Below, in pieces: positions 22,562 to 36,244 of a stretch of DNA of 50,075 nt (its first letter is position 1; every line of letters begins with the position of its first letter). The DNA is from Basidiobolus meristosporus CBS 931.73 (Eukaryota > Fungi > Basidiobolomycota): positions 1 to 50,075 of the forward strand of contig MCFE01000646.1 of the NCBI GenBank assembly GCA_002104905.1. The letters are read 5' to 3'. The notes beneath the pieces are model-generated. The model worked only from the letters and a program-made list of their open reading frames with translations. It made no database searches and was not told the DNA's origin. The position numbers and the translations under genes were made by a program.

Positions 22562-22841
22562 GCATAAGTTCGTCTGGATGAATCCTACCCCACCCCACCC
22601 ATCCCATCTCATCCCATCGCAATGCGTAGCGTTGCCATAGACTGTACATAGACACTGATTTTGCTAGCCAGTTTTCTTACAATGTGTATTCATACGTCAG
22701 CATCACCCAACATCATGAGCAATAAATCTCAGTTGTATCGAATCCAGCAATTCCCAGGCACGGAAGCACCCGTCGGGTTTCCCAGAACCACGTTTCTCGA
22801 TTGAATGCTCGCCAGAGCCATTTAGTGCAGCTAGCAGGGTT

Positions 22842-24432
22842 CTACCGGACTCCAGCTCTAACACCAGTTCCAGACACGGCCGGGCGCCCATTCCGGCTGG
22901 GGTGATTGTCAAAAGTAGAGAAGTGGGCCAGCATCTGAAAAAAATGACAAGCGCAACCTCCATAACCACCACCTAGATCTCCACCTTTATTAAGCTGAGC
23001 CACCAAACTAGGCAAATGTTCAGGGGAAAGTTCAAGATAAGAATTTATCTGGTTGTCAAATGAGCGATAAAAATGATCCGAGAGGTTCAGGCTAGCGCTG
23101 GACGTCATCCCGGTCCCGCGGAAAGTCGAGCTGAACTCCGCTCGACACTTCTCGGGATGCGTACCATCGCTATCAAGCACCAGTAACTTGCAGTATTGAT
23201 AGGCCACCGGGTGCTCAATCTGACCATGATCCTGGTGCCGAGTGGATGCTGAAACATCAGCACAGGAAACGGCCCATGCTGCAGACGAAGCAAAAGCAAG
23301 ACAAGTCACCGTAGAGACACATGCGATACGGTGATTCATCCGCCTCAGGCAATCGGGCAGTGGCCGATTTTGGCAACTCTTCCTGGATACCTGAAAAAAA
23401 GCTGAGTGGCTGAACATGGCTGGGATCATTACCCTTGCACAAGAACCGCATCGAGAAAAGCTCTTGCATTTCCATTGAAGATTCCGCGGATCCCAAACCC
23501 TTTCATAATCGTGACATCCACTGACGCATTGGTAAGACACCCACCATAACCCATGCCACTCAGCATCAATCCAACCAATGCTGGTGCTAAGCAGGGCCTG
23601 CGAAGACGAGCATCTCCCCAGGCGAGGCGCAGAAATCTAGTTTGGTGGGGCTGCCTAAACTCCTCCCTCTTGTGTGGGCACGGCCGGGTTCTTTGGCGCA
23701 AGAAGGGATGGCAACGTCATTAATGCCATCCCACACAGTCTTCCCTATATGGACATAGAGTATCTGCTCATTCATCATGATACGAACTGGCTTGGGAACC
23801 GGTTTTGATGAGAATACAGGTGATCCAATCTAGGTGTAGTTGAATGGAGCATAGGACATGTGCAGATAGCCTAATTCATCAGGGTCGTTTGAGTGCTGTG
23901 CAACGAGCCAGCCTTGACGACTCGAATCCAGACTGAACATCTCCAATAAGGCGGTTGCATTCCGCGAATGGCTGCTGGCCCAATTCATGGATGCGAGCCA
24001 CCCATCGCAATCCACTGTCCAAGGTAGCTCGAGATCTTGCATAGCCAGGCAATTGCTGAACTTGATCTCGCTTGTATTTAATTCCATCGCCTTTTATACG
24101 GGCTCTATATTTAGATGGCCTCACCAATTCGATCTAGCAACCGCAATCAAATCATTGGTGACATTTCTGGCCTGCTTGAAGCCATGTGCACCCGCACTAA
24201 CTGGGCTGAGTCATTCTTAACTGAGCTGAATTTTTTCACACCGCACTCACCCAAATGGAATAATGAAAGAGCGGCCCTCAACGATCCAATCGGGAATTTT
24301 CATCGAGTCACCCTTGAGATCGCCCTCTAGAAAATTCTTCCCTGCATTCCAGCTACACCAAGCAGTAAATCCAACTAGGACATCGTCCGCCAAGGAAAAC
24401 CCACTCTGGTGGCCAATTACCTCTTGCAGCAA
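22842..24432 (-). pseudogene. Possible decayed LRR-like gene
   Basis: Chain of minus-strand ORFs (24247-24432, 23830-24087, 23587-23778, 23429-23701, 22842-23540) with LxxLxL-type pieces and a twice-occurring GYGGC motif. No family could be assigned. Confidence 0.25.
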
Positions 24433-25745
24433 GATTGCTGTGGTGCTTCGCCCACGCTGTTACCGCTTAGCTAGATAAGTACCCAGCTCTTGAGTGGGTC
24501 CAGGAAAACCTCGAAACACCGTTTACGGATTGAGGTGCATGGATTGGTCCCTAGTTGCTCATCAATGGTTAGTGAGAAATGGCACCAGCTATTTAACGAA
24601 TAGGTGAGTCAAAGGTTGAACAAAATCGCCGCCAATTTGTCTGGTTGATCCACCAATGGACAGCCCTCAAAAACCATCCGTCAATGTATAACTACTTTCC
24701 TGAAGCAAATCTTGTTTATTTACATTTCGCATTGTCTCGTTTACACACATGCGATTGTTGATGGATTTTAGCTCAAATCTTTGTCTGTGAGATTAACTTA
24801 GGCTTACTCCCAGTAACCGAACACCAAGGCTAGATGGCACTCAACACATGCCAATGGTCGCTGAAAAGAATTTACGCCACTGAGCTGGCCTTTGACGACT
24901 TGTAAGTTCTGTAGTCTATTTGAAACACAACGAGCATCGTTTTGACGCGTATTGCTGACTGTAGATACTCAAATGTATGTGATGACAAGCGGACAAGGGG
25001 TGTGAGCATTGGTTTGGATCAATTGGAGACCGAGATTTTGCGCAGCTCCGTCGCGCCGGAGACCGGTTCAAAGCGTATGAGGCTGAATACTGAAGAGGTA
25101 CATCTCCGGTTCACTACACTATAGCTCACTTCAACTAGCCTGTTTCAAGCTCCTAACTCGTCACTCGTAGGTTATGGACTTGCGTGCGCCTGTCCCGGAG
25201 GTGCTACCCACACTCCGAATAGCGGATTCCTTCCAAGTGCTTCGCCAGCCTCCAGTACAGCTGTCAGTTGCAGATGGCTTTAAATGGTTCCCATACTACT
25301 GCTCGGAGAGCTCTATCAGTTTTGAAAATTAATACGTTCTCTTGAGGAATACTTCTTTGTAATTGCTGCTGATTTCTCCAACAAATAGAACTCATTTCTT
25401 TAAACAAACTAGGGGCATTCATTGAAATACGTTCTCTTGTTCCCCATTTTTAAAAAGGGTCGTGATTTCGAACTTAAGCATGTGGTTTCCATAGTTCCAT
25501 GATATGTTAAAGACTTGTGTATCCTATATACAGGCCCACACTTGCCTATAATAGTTTGTTTATTCAAGTTCAATTGTTCACTGGAATCTTTGGCCTCATT
25601 TCCCACCTCAATTTTCCCTGACGATCCGACGGATCCGGGTCACATAATGTATTTCACATTAAATCAAGTAGATTGGAAAGTGAGTTAATCCATCAGATGA
25701 GGTATAAAAATCATTTGTATACTTAATCAATGGTAGGCTTCAACT

Positions 25746-28700
25746 ATGGAACAAGAGGATACTGAGTTGATCACCGCGTTGAAGCAAGAAGTTGAAGAAT
25801 TAAAGGCACAAAGAGTTCTCGATGAAGTGAAATTTGGTAAGCAACGGGGGGAGTGGGGGTTATTGTCGCCATACTCAGCCAACCGATACTTAACTTGGCG
25901 ATATTCTGTGGTTTAGAGCACGAACTCCATACTTCGGAAACCAAACTGAATGTATACTACCAGCAACTGCAACTTGCCCGTGAGCGTATAGAGAAGGTTG
26001 AAAAAGCGGCTGTCGATGCGAGTGTGTATATTGTTTTTGTATCGCGAGAGATTGGCGTTTTTATCTATTAACACGTGTTCCACGTTTTCAAGGCGCAGAT
26101 AGCCTTACCCTTAAATCCCAACTGGAAAAGAATTCGGAAAACATCCTGCAATATGAAGCGGAAATCAAGAGGTTGAAGGCCGAGATCGCCACCATAGATT
26201 GCCAAAAACGCGATGGTTTGGCCGCATTAGACGCCCGCACTCTGGAAATCACCCAAAATAGCGGTAGATACATTATTTCGTTACGTTCTCTTTCCTTGGT
26301 TAATCCGAAAGTTTCGTAAGCCGAGTATCAGGAACTACAGGAGAAACTCTCGGCAGCCAAAAAGCAAGTGAATCGACTAGAAAGCGAACTCCAAGTAGCC
26401 AGGCATACGGAGTTGTCAAGCAAGGTATATCCATATAATTTTGGAGCTAGCTTACATCATATACGAATGCTTAGTGTTTTAGTTTAAACAACAAACCGTG
26501 GAACAAGAATTGCACTTGTTGCGGGAACAAAACGAGTGGTTGACTCAAGAGCTTAATACCAAAACGGATGAATTTGGAAGATATCGCCGAGAAAAGGTTG
26601 GTTGGTCTCTTTGGCAGCTTGGCTGCAACGGATGTGTTATATCATTGACCATCTTTCCGTAGACTATGCAACTGAGTAGACTACAAAGTGACCTCGATGC
26701 CGCGACTGATAGTGAAGCAGCAGCGATCCTGAAAGCCAACGCTGCAAGTCGTCGTTATGAGGAACAAGCTTCGAAGTTGGATGATGCGCTCACTAATATC
26801 AAAGAACTTCAAAACCAGCTGGTTTCTGAAGAGGAAAACTTCAAAAATGAGATGGCCGCTCAAATTCGACTCGCTGCTCTGTGGGAAAATAGCTCAAACG
26901 AAGCTAAAGAGCGCATGGCAGACTTGGACGGTAAAGTCACATCCTATATACACTAAAGCATCAGAGGTATAACAACGAATACATATTAGAGGTGATAATC
27001 GATCTACAACACAGCTTAGAAGAAAAGAAAGAAGAGCTCGAGCATGCTACGACAAGGGTAAGCGGTCTGCAATATTGATATCCTACTCCATACTAACCAG
27101 AATACCCAACAGTACACTGAAGAAACAGACTCTTTAAAGGCAGAACTTATGTCCGCAGAAGCGCAGTTGGAGAAGCTTCAAGTCGAGCTTCACCGTGCCA
27201 ACGAGATACTTGGTACTACGGTGGATGCAGGTGACGCTGATCAATCCAGAATACGCGCAGGTCTATTATCACCCACCGCAGCTATAACAAGCCACCTTCG
27301 GAAATCCGGAAAACCTTTCACTGAGATTTACTCCGAGTACATTACTCTGCAAGAACAACTGGCCAATGAGAAACGAGAGAACTCTCAGCTGCAAGAGTTC
27401 GTTCAGCAAATTCTTCAAGACATCAACGAACGCACGCCCATACTTCAAGAACAACACCGGGAGTTTATTAGAATATCCTCGGAAGCCACTGAAAGGTCGA
27501 ATCAACTAGATGCGCTCATCGCCGAAAGAGATGAACTAAGCAGCAAACTAGAGGATGCGAAGCTGGCTGCCGAACGATTTGAACGAGAGAATGTTGCGTT
27601 GCAGGTGGAAAACCATGATCTTGGCCGCCAAGTCCAAGCGTTGCTGCGTGAAATTGAGCGTCAGAAGGGGATGTCTGATGGTTTCTTCGAAGGTGGTGTA
27701 AGCAGTCTGAATATTCATTCCGATCTTCTTGATACGAGTACTGTGATTAGTGAGCAGTTGACTACGTTTAGAAGCATATCAGAATTACAGCAACAAAATC
27801 AACGGTTATTACGAATCACCCGCGAACTTGCTGATCGTATGGAAAGAGAAGAGGCCGAGCGAAGGGAGACGGATGCTCATCAAGAAAACGAGACCGTTCA
27901 AGAAGCACAGAAACTAATCGAAATCCTTCGAGACGAACTCAAACAAACCAGAGCAAAAATGGAGTCGTATCTTCGTGAGAGGGATATGTGCCGCCGGTTG
28001 TTGGCGCAAGGAGACCCGGGTTTTACTCCTACATTGGAGAGTCCCTCGCCTCTTCGCAATTTTGACGCTATAGATGCTGATCAAAATGGCGGGGAGTATT
28101 CCAAGCTGCTCGTTAAGCTTCAATCAAAATTCGACTCTTATCGTAAAGAAACAGATGCCGAGACGAAAACGCTACGAGATCAACTTACCTCTGCCCAAAA
28201 GGAAATATCTGAATACCACATTCAGGCAGCTAGGGCAAGTGCACAAATTGACTTCTTGAATGAACGCTATCAACTTCTTGTCGAGAACGCCAAGTCGCAT
28301 AGCAATGAGCTTGAAGAAGCTCGTAAGCGGATCTCTAATCTCCAAGGAGCTCTTAGTCGCCAAGATGTGGCAGCACAACAATCAGCACAGGACCTCGTTG
28401 AGGCTAAGGAAGCACTCGAGCGTATTCGGATCGAGTGCTCGAATCTCCGTGCGGAGAAGGAGGTGTCAAAGTCACTTGAGGTCCGTCTTGTTCAGGAGAA
28501 CGAGACCTTGAGTAAAGAGAGAGCTCACCTTAACGGGTTAATGAACAACCTTCAGAACATGCAAAACGAGCTGGAGAAGGTACAAGCTGCTGCAAAACGT
28601 CGATATGAAAATCAAGTCCATAGCTTAGAGGAAGAGTTGAAGCATGCCAAACAAAGGCTCTCAGATGAGATCGACGCTAACAAGGCACTAAGCTTGAGAA

Positions 28701-31700
28701 AAGAGAACGAATCTAAGGATTACCAAGTCCGATTGGACAAGGCGATTTCTGATCACCAGCAGACCAGAGAAGCATTGATTGTTGCAGAAACCTCAATGCG
28801 GCATCTAAATGACAGGATCTCCGAACTCAACAAGCAATTAAGGGAGGCTGAAAATATGGTAACGCTATATCAACAGAAGGAGGAGAGAGAGCCGATCTCT
28901 ACCGGAGAGAGACTGAGGCAGGAAATAGCCAGGTTGAAGACTGAACTAGCCACCGCAACGGCTGAGTCTGCTCAGCTTCGTCAACAAGCTGAACAGTACA
29001 AATTGATGAGCCAGTCAAATGAGGATGCCTTGTCTGAGATTAATCAAACGTATGATGAATACAAAACGACCACAGACAAAATAATCGAAGTGAACGAAAT
29101 GGAGCTTGCCGATCTCAAGGAAACCATTGAATCCTTGAATAACAAACTCCGTGATTCTGTTGCTAAAATAGCCCAAGACCAGGAGAAAATGGGTGCCGAG
29201 CGTACCAACTGGGAGACAGAGAAGAAGAATTACGAGAGCCAGATTAGTCGCTTAGCTGAGATTGAGGAGAAAGCTAAACGCGACCAGGAGTCATTCCAGG
29301 TTGACCTTCGACAACAGGCTAAGATGGCAGAGGAGGCGCAGGACAATTACGAGAGAGAGCTGCTTATGCATGCAAGTGACATCCAGATTCATAGCAAATT
29401 GAAGGAGCAATACCAGAAATTAAGTGGGGAGGTTCAATTGTACCAGATCCAAACGGAAACCGCGGAAGCTAAGCTCAAGACCTCGGAGGCCTCTTGGAGG
29501 GGCCAAAAAGAGCTTTTGGAGAAGTCTATCTTGGAACTGGAGAAGAGATGCCAAGATCTAGTTGCCCAAAACAATCTTTTGCACGCACAGTTTGAAACTG
29601 TTAGTGCACAAGCCTTACGCATTCAAAAAGCTGACAGTGAATCTGCTGTTGTTCCTGAAGGAGAGACCAGGCCAGCCTCGGATAAGTCTCTTGAAGAAGT
29701 GCATGAGGTTTTACGCTTCGTTCGACGTGAAAAAGAGATTTTACAGGGCCAACATGAATTGGCTCTTCAGGAATCAAGAAGGCTAAAGCAGCAATTGGAT
29801 TATGCAAACCAATCCCTAGACGAAACTCGCGCTTTACTAGCTGAAGAACGCCAGCGTGAGCAGAAGGCTATCCAATCAGCCATGCAACATGCAGAGATCC
29901 TCGAAAAGATCAACCAGCTCAATATTCTTCGAGAGAGTAATGTCACCCTTCGAGAAGAAAATGAAAAAAATATCGCTAAACTACAATCCCTGGAGAAAAG
30001 TCTGGAGGAGACCAGCGGTAGAATTGATCCATTGGAGGAGCAAATACGCAACTACCAGGCAGATATAGAAGCCAAAAATACGGAGATCAAAGCGTTAGAA
30101 GAGGACAACCAGCGCTGGAAGATGCGTACTAGACAGATCCTTCAAAAGCATGAGCGTATCGATCCTGTCGAGCATCAAGCCCTGAAAGACGAGAGCGAAA
30201 GATTGAGGTTAGAGTACACCTCCTTGGCTGAGGAAAAAAATCTACTGGCCACCGAGTTGCAGGAACTCAAGGAGCAATCGTCCACATCAGTAGACAACTT
30301 GAACAAACGCATCACCAAGTTAACCGAGCACTGTAGTTTGTGGAAGAAACGCTATGAGCATGTCAGCGCTCAAACCAAAGAAAAGTTACAGCAACAAGCT
30401 GGGCAACTGGCAGAGCTCGCCGCAGCACAGAAATCCGTGGAAGAATTGAAGGACATCAAGCAACAACTGGAGAAGATTCAGGCTGAAAAGCAAAAGCTCC
30501 AAGAAGAAAGGGATTCCTTAACTAGTCAGATATCCTCGTCCGCCGAGTCGGAAAAGGCTAAATTCGAAAACATGCGAAAGACCGCGCTCGGTTATTATCA
30601 CAAGCTGAAACAGATCGAAGGTGAATTCAAAAAAGTATCCGAAGAAAAGAGGTCTTTAGAGCAAGCCAAAAGTGAGGCAATCGAAACGGCTATAAAGGAG
30701 AAAACGAAAGAGCTAGAGACTGAGCATACCAAGGCTTTGAAAGAAACCGAGATGAGATCCAAAATCAAGTTGTCCCTTGCAGAAGGCCAAGTAAAGAAGT
30801 TGCAAGCAAAGCTGAAAGGTGGATTAACAACCAACAGTAATAGTATCTCGGCACCATCTACCCCAATTCAGAGTGTTGAGACCCCTGCGTTATCCGAACT
30901 AACCCAAAGCATTGATCAAGTCAAGTCTGGTGAGACACCCTCTGCAGAGTCAGAGCTCCAACCACTGGCCGCTGAGAAGTCAATAGTTGGTGTGAGAGTA
31001 GAGGAGTCCGTCGAAGCAGAGCAGCAGGTATCACCTGAATCCGCCCCTGCTGCTAGCACCGCGCCACCTACAAGACAAGCACTATTGAAAGCGAAGCTGC
31101 AAAAACAAAAATTACAGAGAATGAAACAACAAAAACAGCAAAAACAACAGCAAAAACGCCTAGCACTACAAACCAAAGCTGCTGTAGGTGAACAATCTCC
31201 AGCCAAAAGAGCCAAATCATCGTCCCCTCAACTACAGAAGCTCAAGAGCGAGACGCCAATCTTGCCTGGCAATTCGAAACCGAATACTCCTGGAAAGGGT
31301 AAAGGCAGAGGAAGAGCGTCACCAGCCCCAACAAAGCCCACCACACCTATCCCACCTTCTGCCTGTGATCCGGGGGCAGTGCCGGTCGTTTCGGTCAGTA
31401 CCGCCGAATCAACCGATGCTGGAGAGGCTACACAAACCTCCACAAACGACTTCGAAGAGCCTACCCTGGAGCATACTTCTGTTGAGACACCCGAAACCAA
31501 AGCGGCTCTAACCCCTACGATAAGAATGGAGGCGCCTGGCCTGGATGTATCAAATGAATTGGGAACCGACTCCCCCATAAACCAGGAAATGTCTGAATCA
31601 GAGGCAACCACGTTTACCGAAGAGATGGTTTCACAAGACGAGAGCTACCCGCTCGAGGATTCCGATCCGACAAAGCCAGATAGCATTTCACCTAGTGAAG

Positions 31701-31873
31701 CCATAGATGAGAAGGTAACTTCTGAACCAGAAATTGTAGAGAGTGTGCAAGAGATAATTGGTGAGACCCAGATAGCTGATACAGCTGGCAATGGGTTAAA
31801 ACGAGTTCGCGACAACAACGAAGATGCATCCGTGAATCAGAGTGAAGCGGATTCCAAGAAAGTCAGAACGTAG
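25746..31873 (+). CDS. MLP1: Nuclear basket nucleoporin TPR/Mlp1 (8 exons: 25746-25836, 25917-26021, 26093-26263, 26321-26424, 26483-26596, 26663-26930, 26990-27057, 27113-31873)
   Basis: Long coiled coil with SPTAAITSHLRKSGKPFTEIYSEY, ELQQQNQRLL, YERELLMHASDIQ, LRFVRREKEIL, INQLNILRESNVTLREE and WKMRTRQILQKHERIDP, then a low-complexity tail. Intron phases checked and in frame. Confidence 0.93.
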
Positions 31874-33940
31874 AGAGCCCGAAGCCTCTTCACCCCAAAC
31901 CGTCTATAAATATCTTCCGTCTGCCAAATACTCTGCTCTTGATTCCACTTTCCTACACTGACTGGTCGATATTGTATGTACAAAAGTAAGGCGCGAGAAT
32001 AATGATTGTGGCCGCCGTTAGATTTATTCGTCTGTCTATGTGAATGTAGGAAGCCCAATAAACCAATTGTTGACCATTCGCTGAGCGACAGGCTTTATGA
32101 GCTCATACGCTGAACCAGGATACAAACCAGAACGAAAGGCCTACCACAACCACAGGACGGTTTGTATATTTTCATTTCGTTCTGGGATCTCTTCTGGTTG
32201 GATACACTGCCTAGCAACGCACTCGACAGACACCCGCAAATTCAGCAGGAGTGTGCGTGAAATTACCACGTCGTGATGTCCCAGCGACCATTGTGTGTGC
32301 TAGTTCCTGACGACCAGTTGCGCCTAAATACGCCTTCATAGTCGCAGGAAGAGGGAAGTGATCAGGTGAATACTACAAACTGTAGCCAAGGAGAAGTGGA
32401 TTAATTTATTAACTCTATGGTTGGTATCTATGGGTTGGAAGTGAAAGCATATAGTCTTCACGATCTTAGTCGATCTGAAAGTTGGGCTGATGGACATGAA
32501 GATACAACTGGAGTCTGGTGTTCACGTTTGACTTCTCTTTGGTTTGACGAGCACGCTGAATGAACAGCGTAGCGTCATGGAGAAACTGTTTGGCTTGGGT
32601 GGTAGATGTCCTTGAGATGGATCTATAGCCTGAGGTCTCCACAGGTGATCGAGAAATTTCCTGGTTCTCCTGAGTTTCACGCCTTGAGGCTAGCATATCA
32701 TAGAATGCCTCGACATCCTGAAGAAAATTGGCGGACAATACTTGCATGATGGATACCTCCTATGTTTGGGTTACAGCCAGCAAATCAAAGTGATACAAAG
32801 GTGGAAAGGTTTTCTTGGTGATGGCTCAAGCAACATGCCTCAATATATATAAGGCCAGAGTGAATGATGCTGCGATCTCGGCTCCATGCAAATCATTGAG
32901 CACCTTGATCGTATGGGAACACTCCGATATTGGATGTCAGGCGAGGTGGCCCATTGTTGTCCTCGAAAAAGCTCCGAATTCGTCTCGAGGCGATTTGATG
33001 TTCGTCAGCGAATTCATGAATTGACTTTCGTGTGAGGAATGCAGTATTGATGGAATGCCCAATGGAGCACGTGAATAGCTAATGGGATCTGCACATAGAC
33101 CTGGCATGTCATGGCAACCATTCTGGGTGCTTCCTTTTGATTAGAATGGTTAGAATGGCCCTCCACCACGTGATCTATCCGGAAGATCCCATAGACAACT
33201 GCATAGATCAACACTCAAAGTCACCAAGCTGACCAATACAATGCTGAGACTTGTGGTAGTGGATTGTGTCGAGTGAGTATAGTCGGCTTGGATTTTGATT
33301 CTCAGCCTATCTCACCTCTCAAGGCTCCGAAGCATCCAGAGCACTCGCGGTCGAATGATGAAACGACCATGACTGACTAGCTGAATTGCTGGTTCAAGTG
33401 GAACAATCGATTTGATGCTCAGCCCAGTCCGAAATGGGTGCGCGCTATGCTAATAGACAACGGATCCTGCACGAGGCCATTTCAAGAAATTGGATCTATC
33501 AATGGATTCTGTATATTAGACCGTGTCGAGTGTGACTGCCATTAGCATTGATTCAAGTAGCATGCTCTCTGAAGGGTCCGCCATCGGTTTTGCAATGGAT
33601 GATTCACCACTTATGGGTGTTGTCAATGAACGCTCTTGATTGACTGACATCATTAGACTTCCACCAGAACCAGAGGGTGTATGCTTACGCAGCAGTGTGC
33701 TCAGTATTTGGGCATCACTTCGGTAGCATTTATCCATTGTTGATGCGATTTTCATTGACATTTATCTGTTGTCAACCTATTCGATACAGACTCTTTGATG
33801 ATTCAATCATGAATTTTTGGTTTCAATCACCAGCGAATGACTTCAATCAAGCACCTCGCTGCTAGGGCTCTTTCCATTTCGCTTCTTCACTGAACATATC
33901 AGAGAAGACAACCGACGTATCTGCAGAATCCACTCTAAAG

Positions 33941-35428
33941 ATGAACTTCAGGATTGGTAACAAATATAGGCTGGGTAGAAAGATCGGCTCGGGGTCTTTT
34001 GGGGAGATATATATTGGTAAGAGTTTACGAAGGAGCTCTCCATGTACTTGTTAGACAATCGTATTGTTTCTCTTCTCTAAAGTTGACATGAGAGAGAGTG
34101 GTTACCTCTGGCAATATCCGAGAATTAACTATAGTTGGTTTAGGCGTAAATATTATCACTGGAGAAGAAGTGGCCGTCAAACTGGAATCGGTTACGGCAC
34201 GTCATCCTCAACTCGAATATGAAGCTAAAGTTTACAAATCCCTGGCTGGGAGTGTTGGCATTCCTTTCGTTCGCTATTTTGGAGTAGAAATGGAATACAA
34301 TTGTATGGTTATTGATTTACTCGGCCCCTCGCTCGAAGATCTCTTCAATTTCTGTAATCGTAAATTCTCTCTCAAGACTGTTCTTTTGCTTGCTGAGCAG
34401 CTGGTATTTCAATGATGTTGGCGATTTACCGAAACAAATACCGAAGTATACTAACTGCAATCTTAGATATCACGAATAGAATATGTTCATTCCAAGAACT
34501 TCATTCATCGTGATATAAAGCCTGATAACTTTCTCATGGGAATTGGAAAGTGGGCTAACCACGTCAATATCATTGATTTTGGGCTAGCCAAGAAGTACCG
34601 TGATCCTAGAACACATCTTCACATACCCTATAGAGAGAATAAAAATCTCACCGGGACTGCTCGATATGCAAGCCTCAATACGCATCTAGGAATTGGTTAG
34701 TTTGGCGATTTCCTGAGGTTTGTAACCCTCATAACTCACCAATTAGATGTAGAACAATCGAGACGGGATGATTTAGAATCGCTGGGATATGTGCTAATGT
34801 ATTTTTTGCGTGGCTCCTTGCCCTGGCAAGGACTGAAGGCTGCCACCAAAAAGCAAAAATATGACCGTATTATGGAGAAAAAGATGACCACTCCAACGGA
34901 GCTTCTTTGCCGTACGTTTCCGGTTGAGTTCTCAATCTACCTGAATTATACGCGTAGTCTCCGTTTTGATGACAAACCTGACTACAACTATTTGAAAAAA
35001 CTCTTCAACGATTTGTTTGTTCGCGAGTGTTACCATAATGATTACGTCTTTGACTGGACGATTTCTGGAAAGGTTGGAGTTTTGCAACCTACAGTGTTTA
35101 TCTGGAGACCGCTAATGAACCATGTAGGAAAAACAACCTAAGAATCACGACACCGCGAAGGTCAGAAGTGTATGTTACTGCCCCGCTAACCCTAGTACTG
35201 AACTTCAGTCCGTCCATAATACAGTCTCGTAAATCACCACCTGCCTTTACTCCAGAATCTAGCCGTAACTTGCGAGCAACACAGCACGTTGCAGCAATGA
35301 CACCAGGCATCACTAGTCAAACCCAAACCCAAACCCAGACCGACATGAACCGTAAAGCCCTGACAGGTAAAGAAACGTCTAAACTCAGGGCCAGAATATC
35401 AGTACTTGAATCCAACGACCACACGTAA
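33941..35428 (+). CDS. HRR25: Casein kinase I, delta/epsilon (Hrr25/Hhp1) type; 3' exon structure uncertain
   Basis: [88 protein letters not shown]. Kinase exons 33941-34016, 34144-34403, 34467-34695, 34753-35072. Confidence 0.95.
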
Positions 35429-36244
35429 GTATACTTGTTAATAGTTCGTAGTCTTAGGGGAATGAATAATTACGCCTTTATAATTCGAGATTAATCAACA
35501 AGACAATAGGAAATGACCACAAGCAGGATGCTGGAGAACCTGGACCAGCTTAGCGGTAGGAAATGTGAAAAAGAAAGATCGTTTGGTAAACAAAGTCAGC
35601 ATCCAGCCTTCACTACTTTAATAGCGTCTCAACCGCCTGTCTAGTCACTCGCAAAACACGTATATTTGAGACTTCTTTTGAATACTCCTATAGCGAGTAA
35701 TGATTGTTTCATATCACTACCATATCCCAGAACTATCAAATAAGTGAAAAAAAGGATAGATTCAGAAAGCGCCTTTTCATCGCGTATGTATTAGCATCTT
35801 GGCAGTAAACTACTTGGCGTGGAGGAAGTAGCCCACCCGCACTCAGATTCTGCACATGTATAATGAATAGTCATGAATCTTGCAAGGAAAAATACTGAAT
35901 TTATCTCAAAATCATTTTGCTAATATATATTGCTTTGATCTACAAAGCGTCATGTGAAATAAAGCATTTGAAAGTGAACAGTAACACAAATCAAACTCAA
36001 AGCAAAGCTGTGCAAACAGTCGGTTAAATGAGCGAAGATAATCTTATTTGAGCACAGGAAGATTTTGCGGTGGCTATTCACGGTGCTGAATAATCAAATC
36101 CATCCTCGTGGTTCGTAAACCTGTGCCAATGTTTCGGATATGATCCTTCAGTCGTCATGTGAAATCCAGACACCATGACATAGTAACACTTCAATCTTCC
36201 AACCAATATCACCATCCAATGGTTATATCCAATGTCAATATTGA

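Noticed and set aside
27269-31611. Antisense and alternate-frame ORFs within TPR and other long genes
   Set aside because: Expected shadows of long coding sequences with biased composition; no independent motifs.
32466-33761. Short minus-strand ORFs upstream of casein kinase I
   Set aside because: No domain recognised and no consistent splice model; may be promoter or intergenic DNA.
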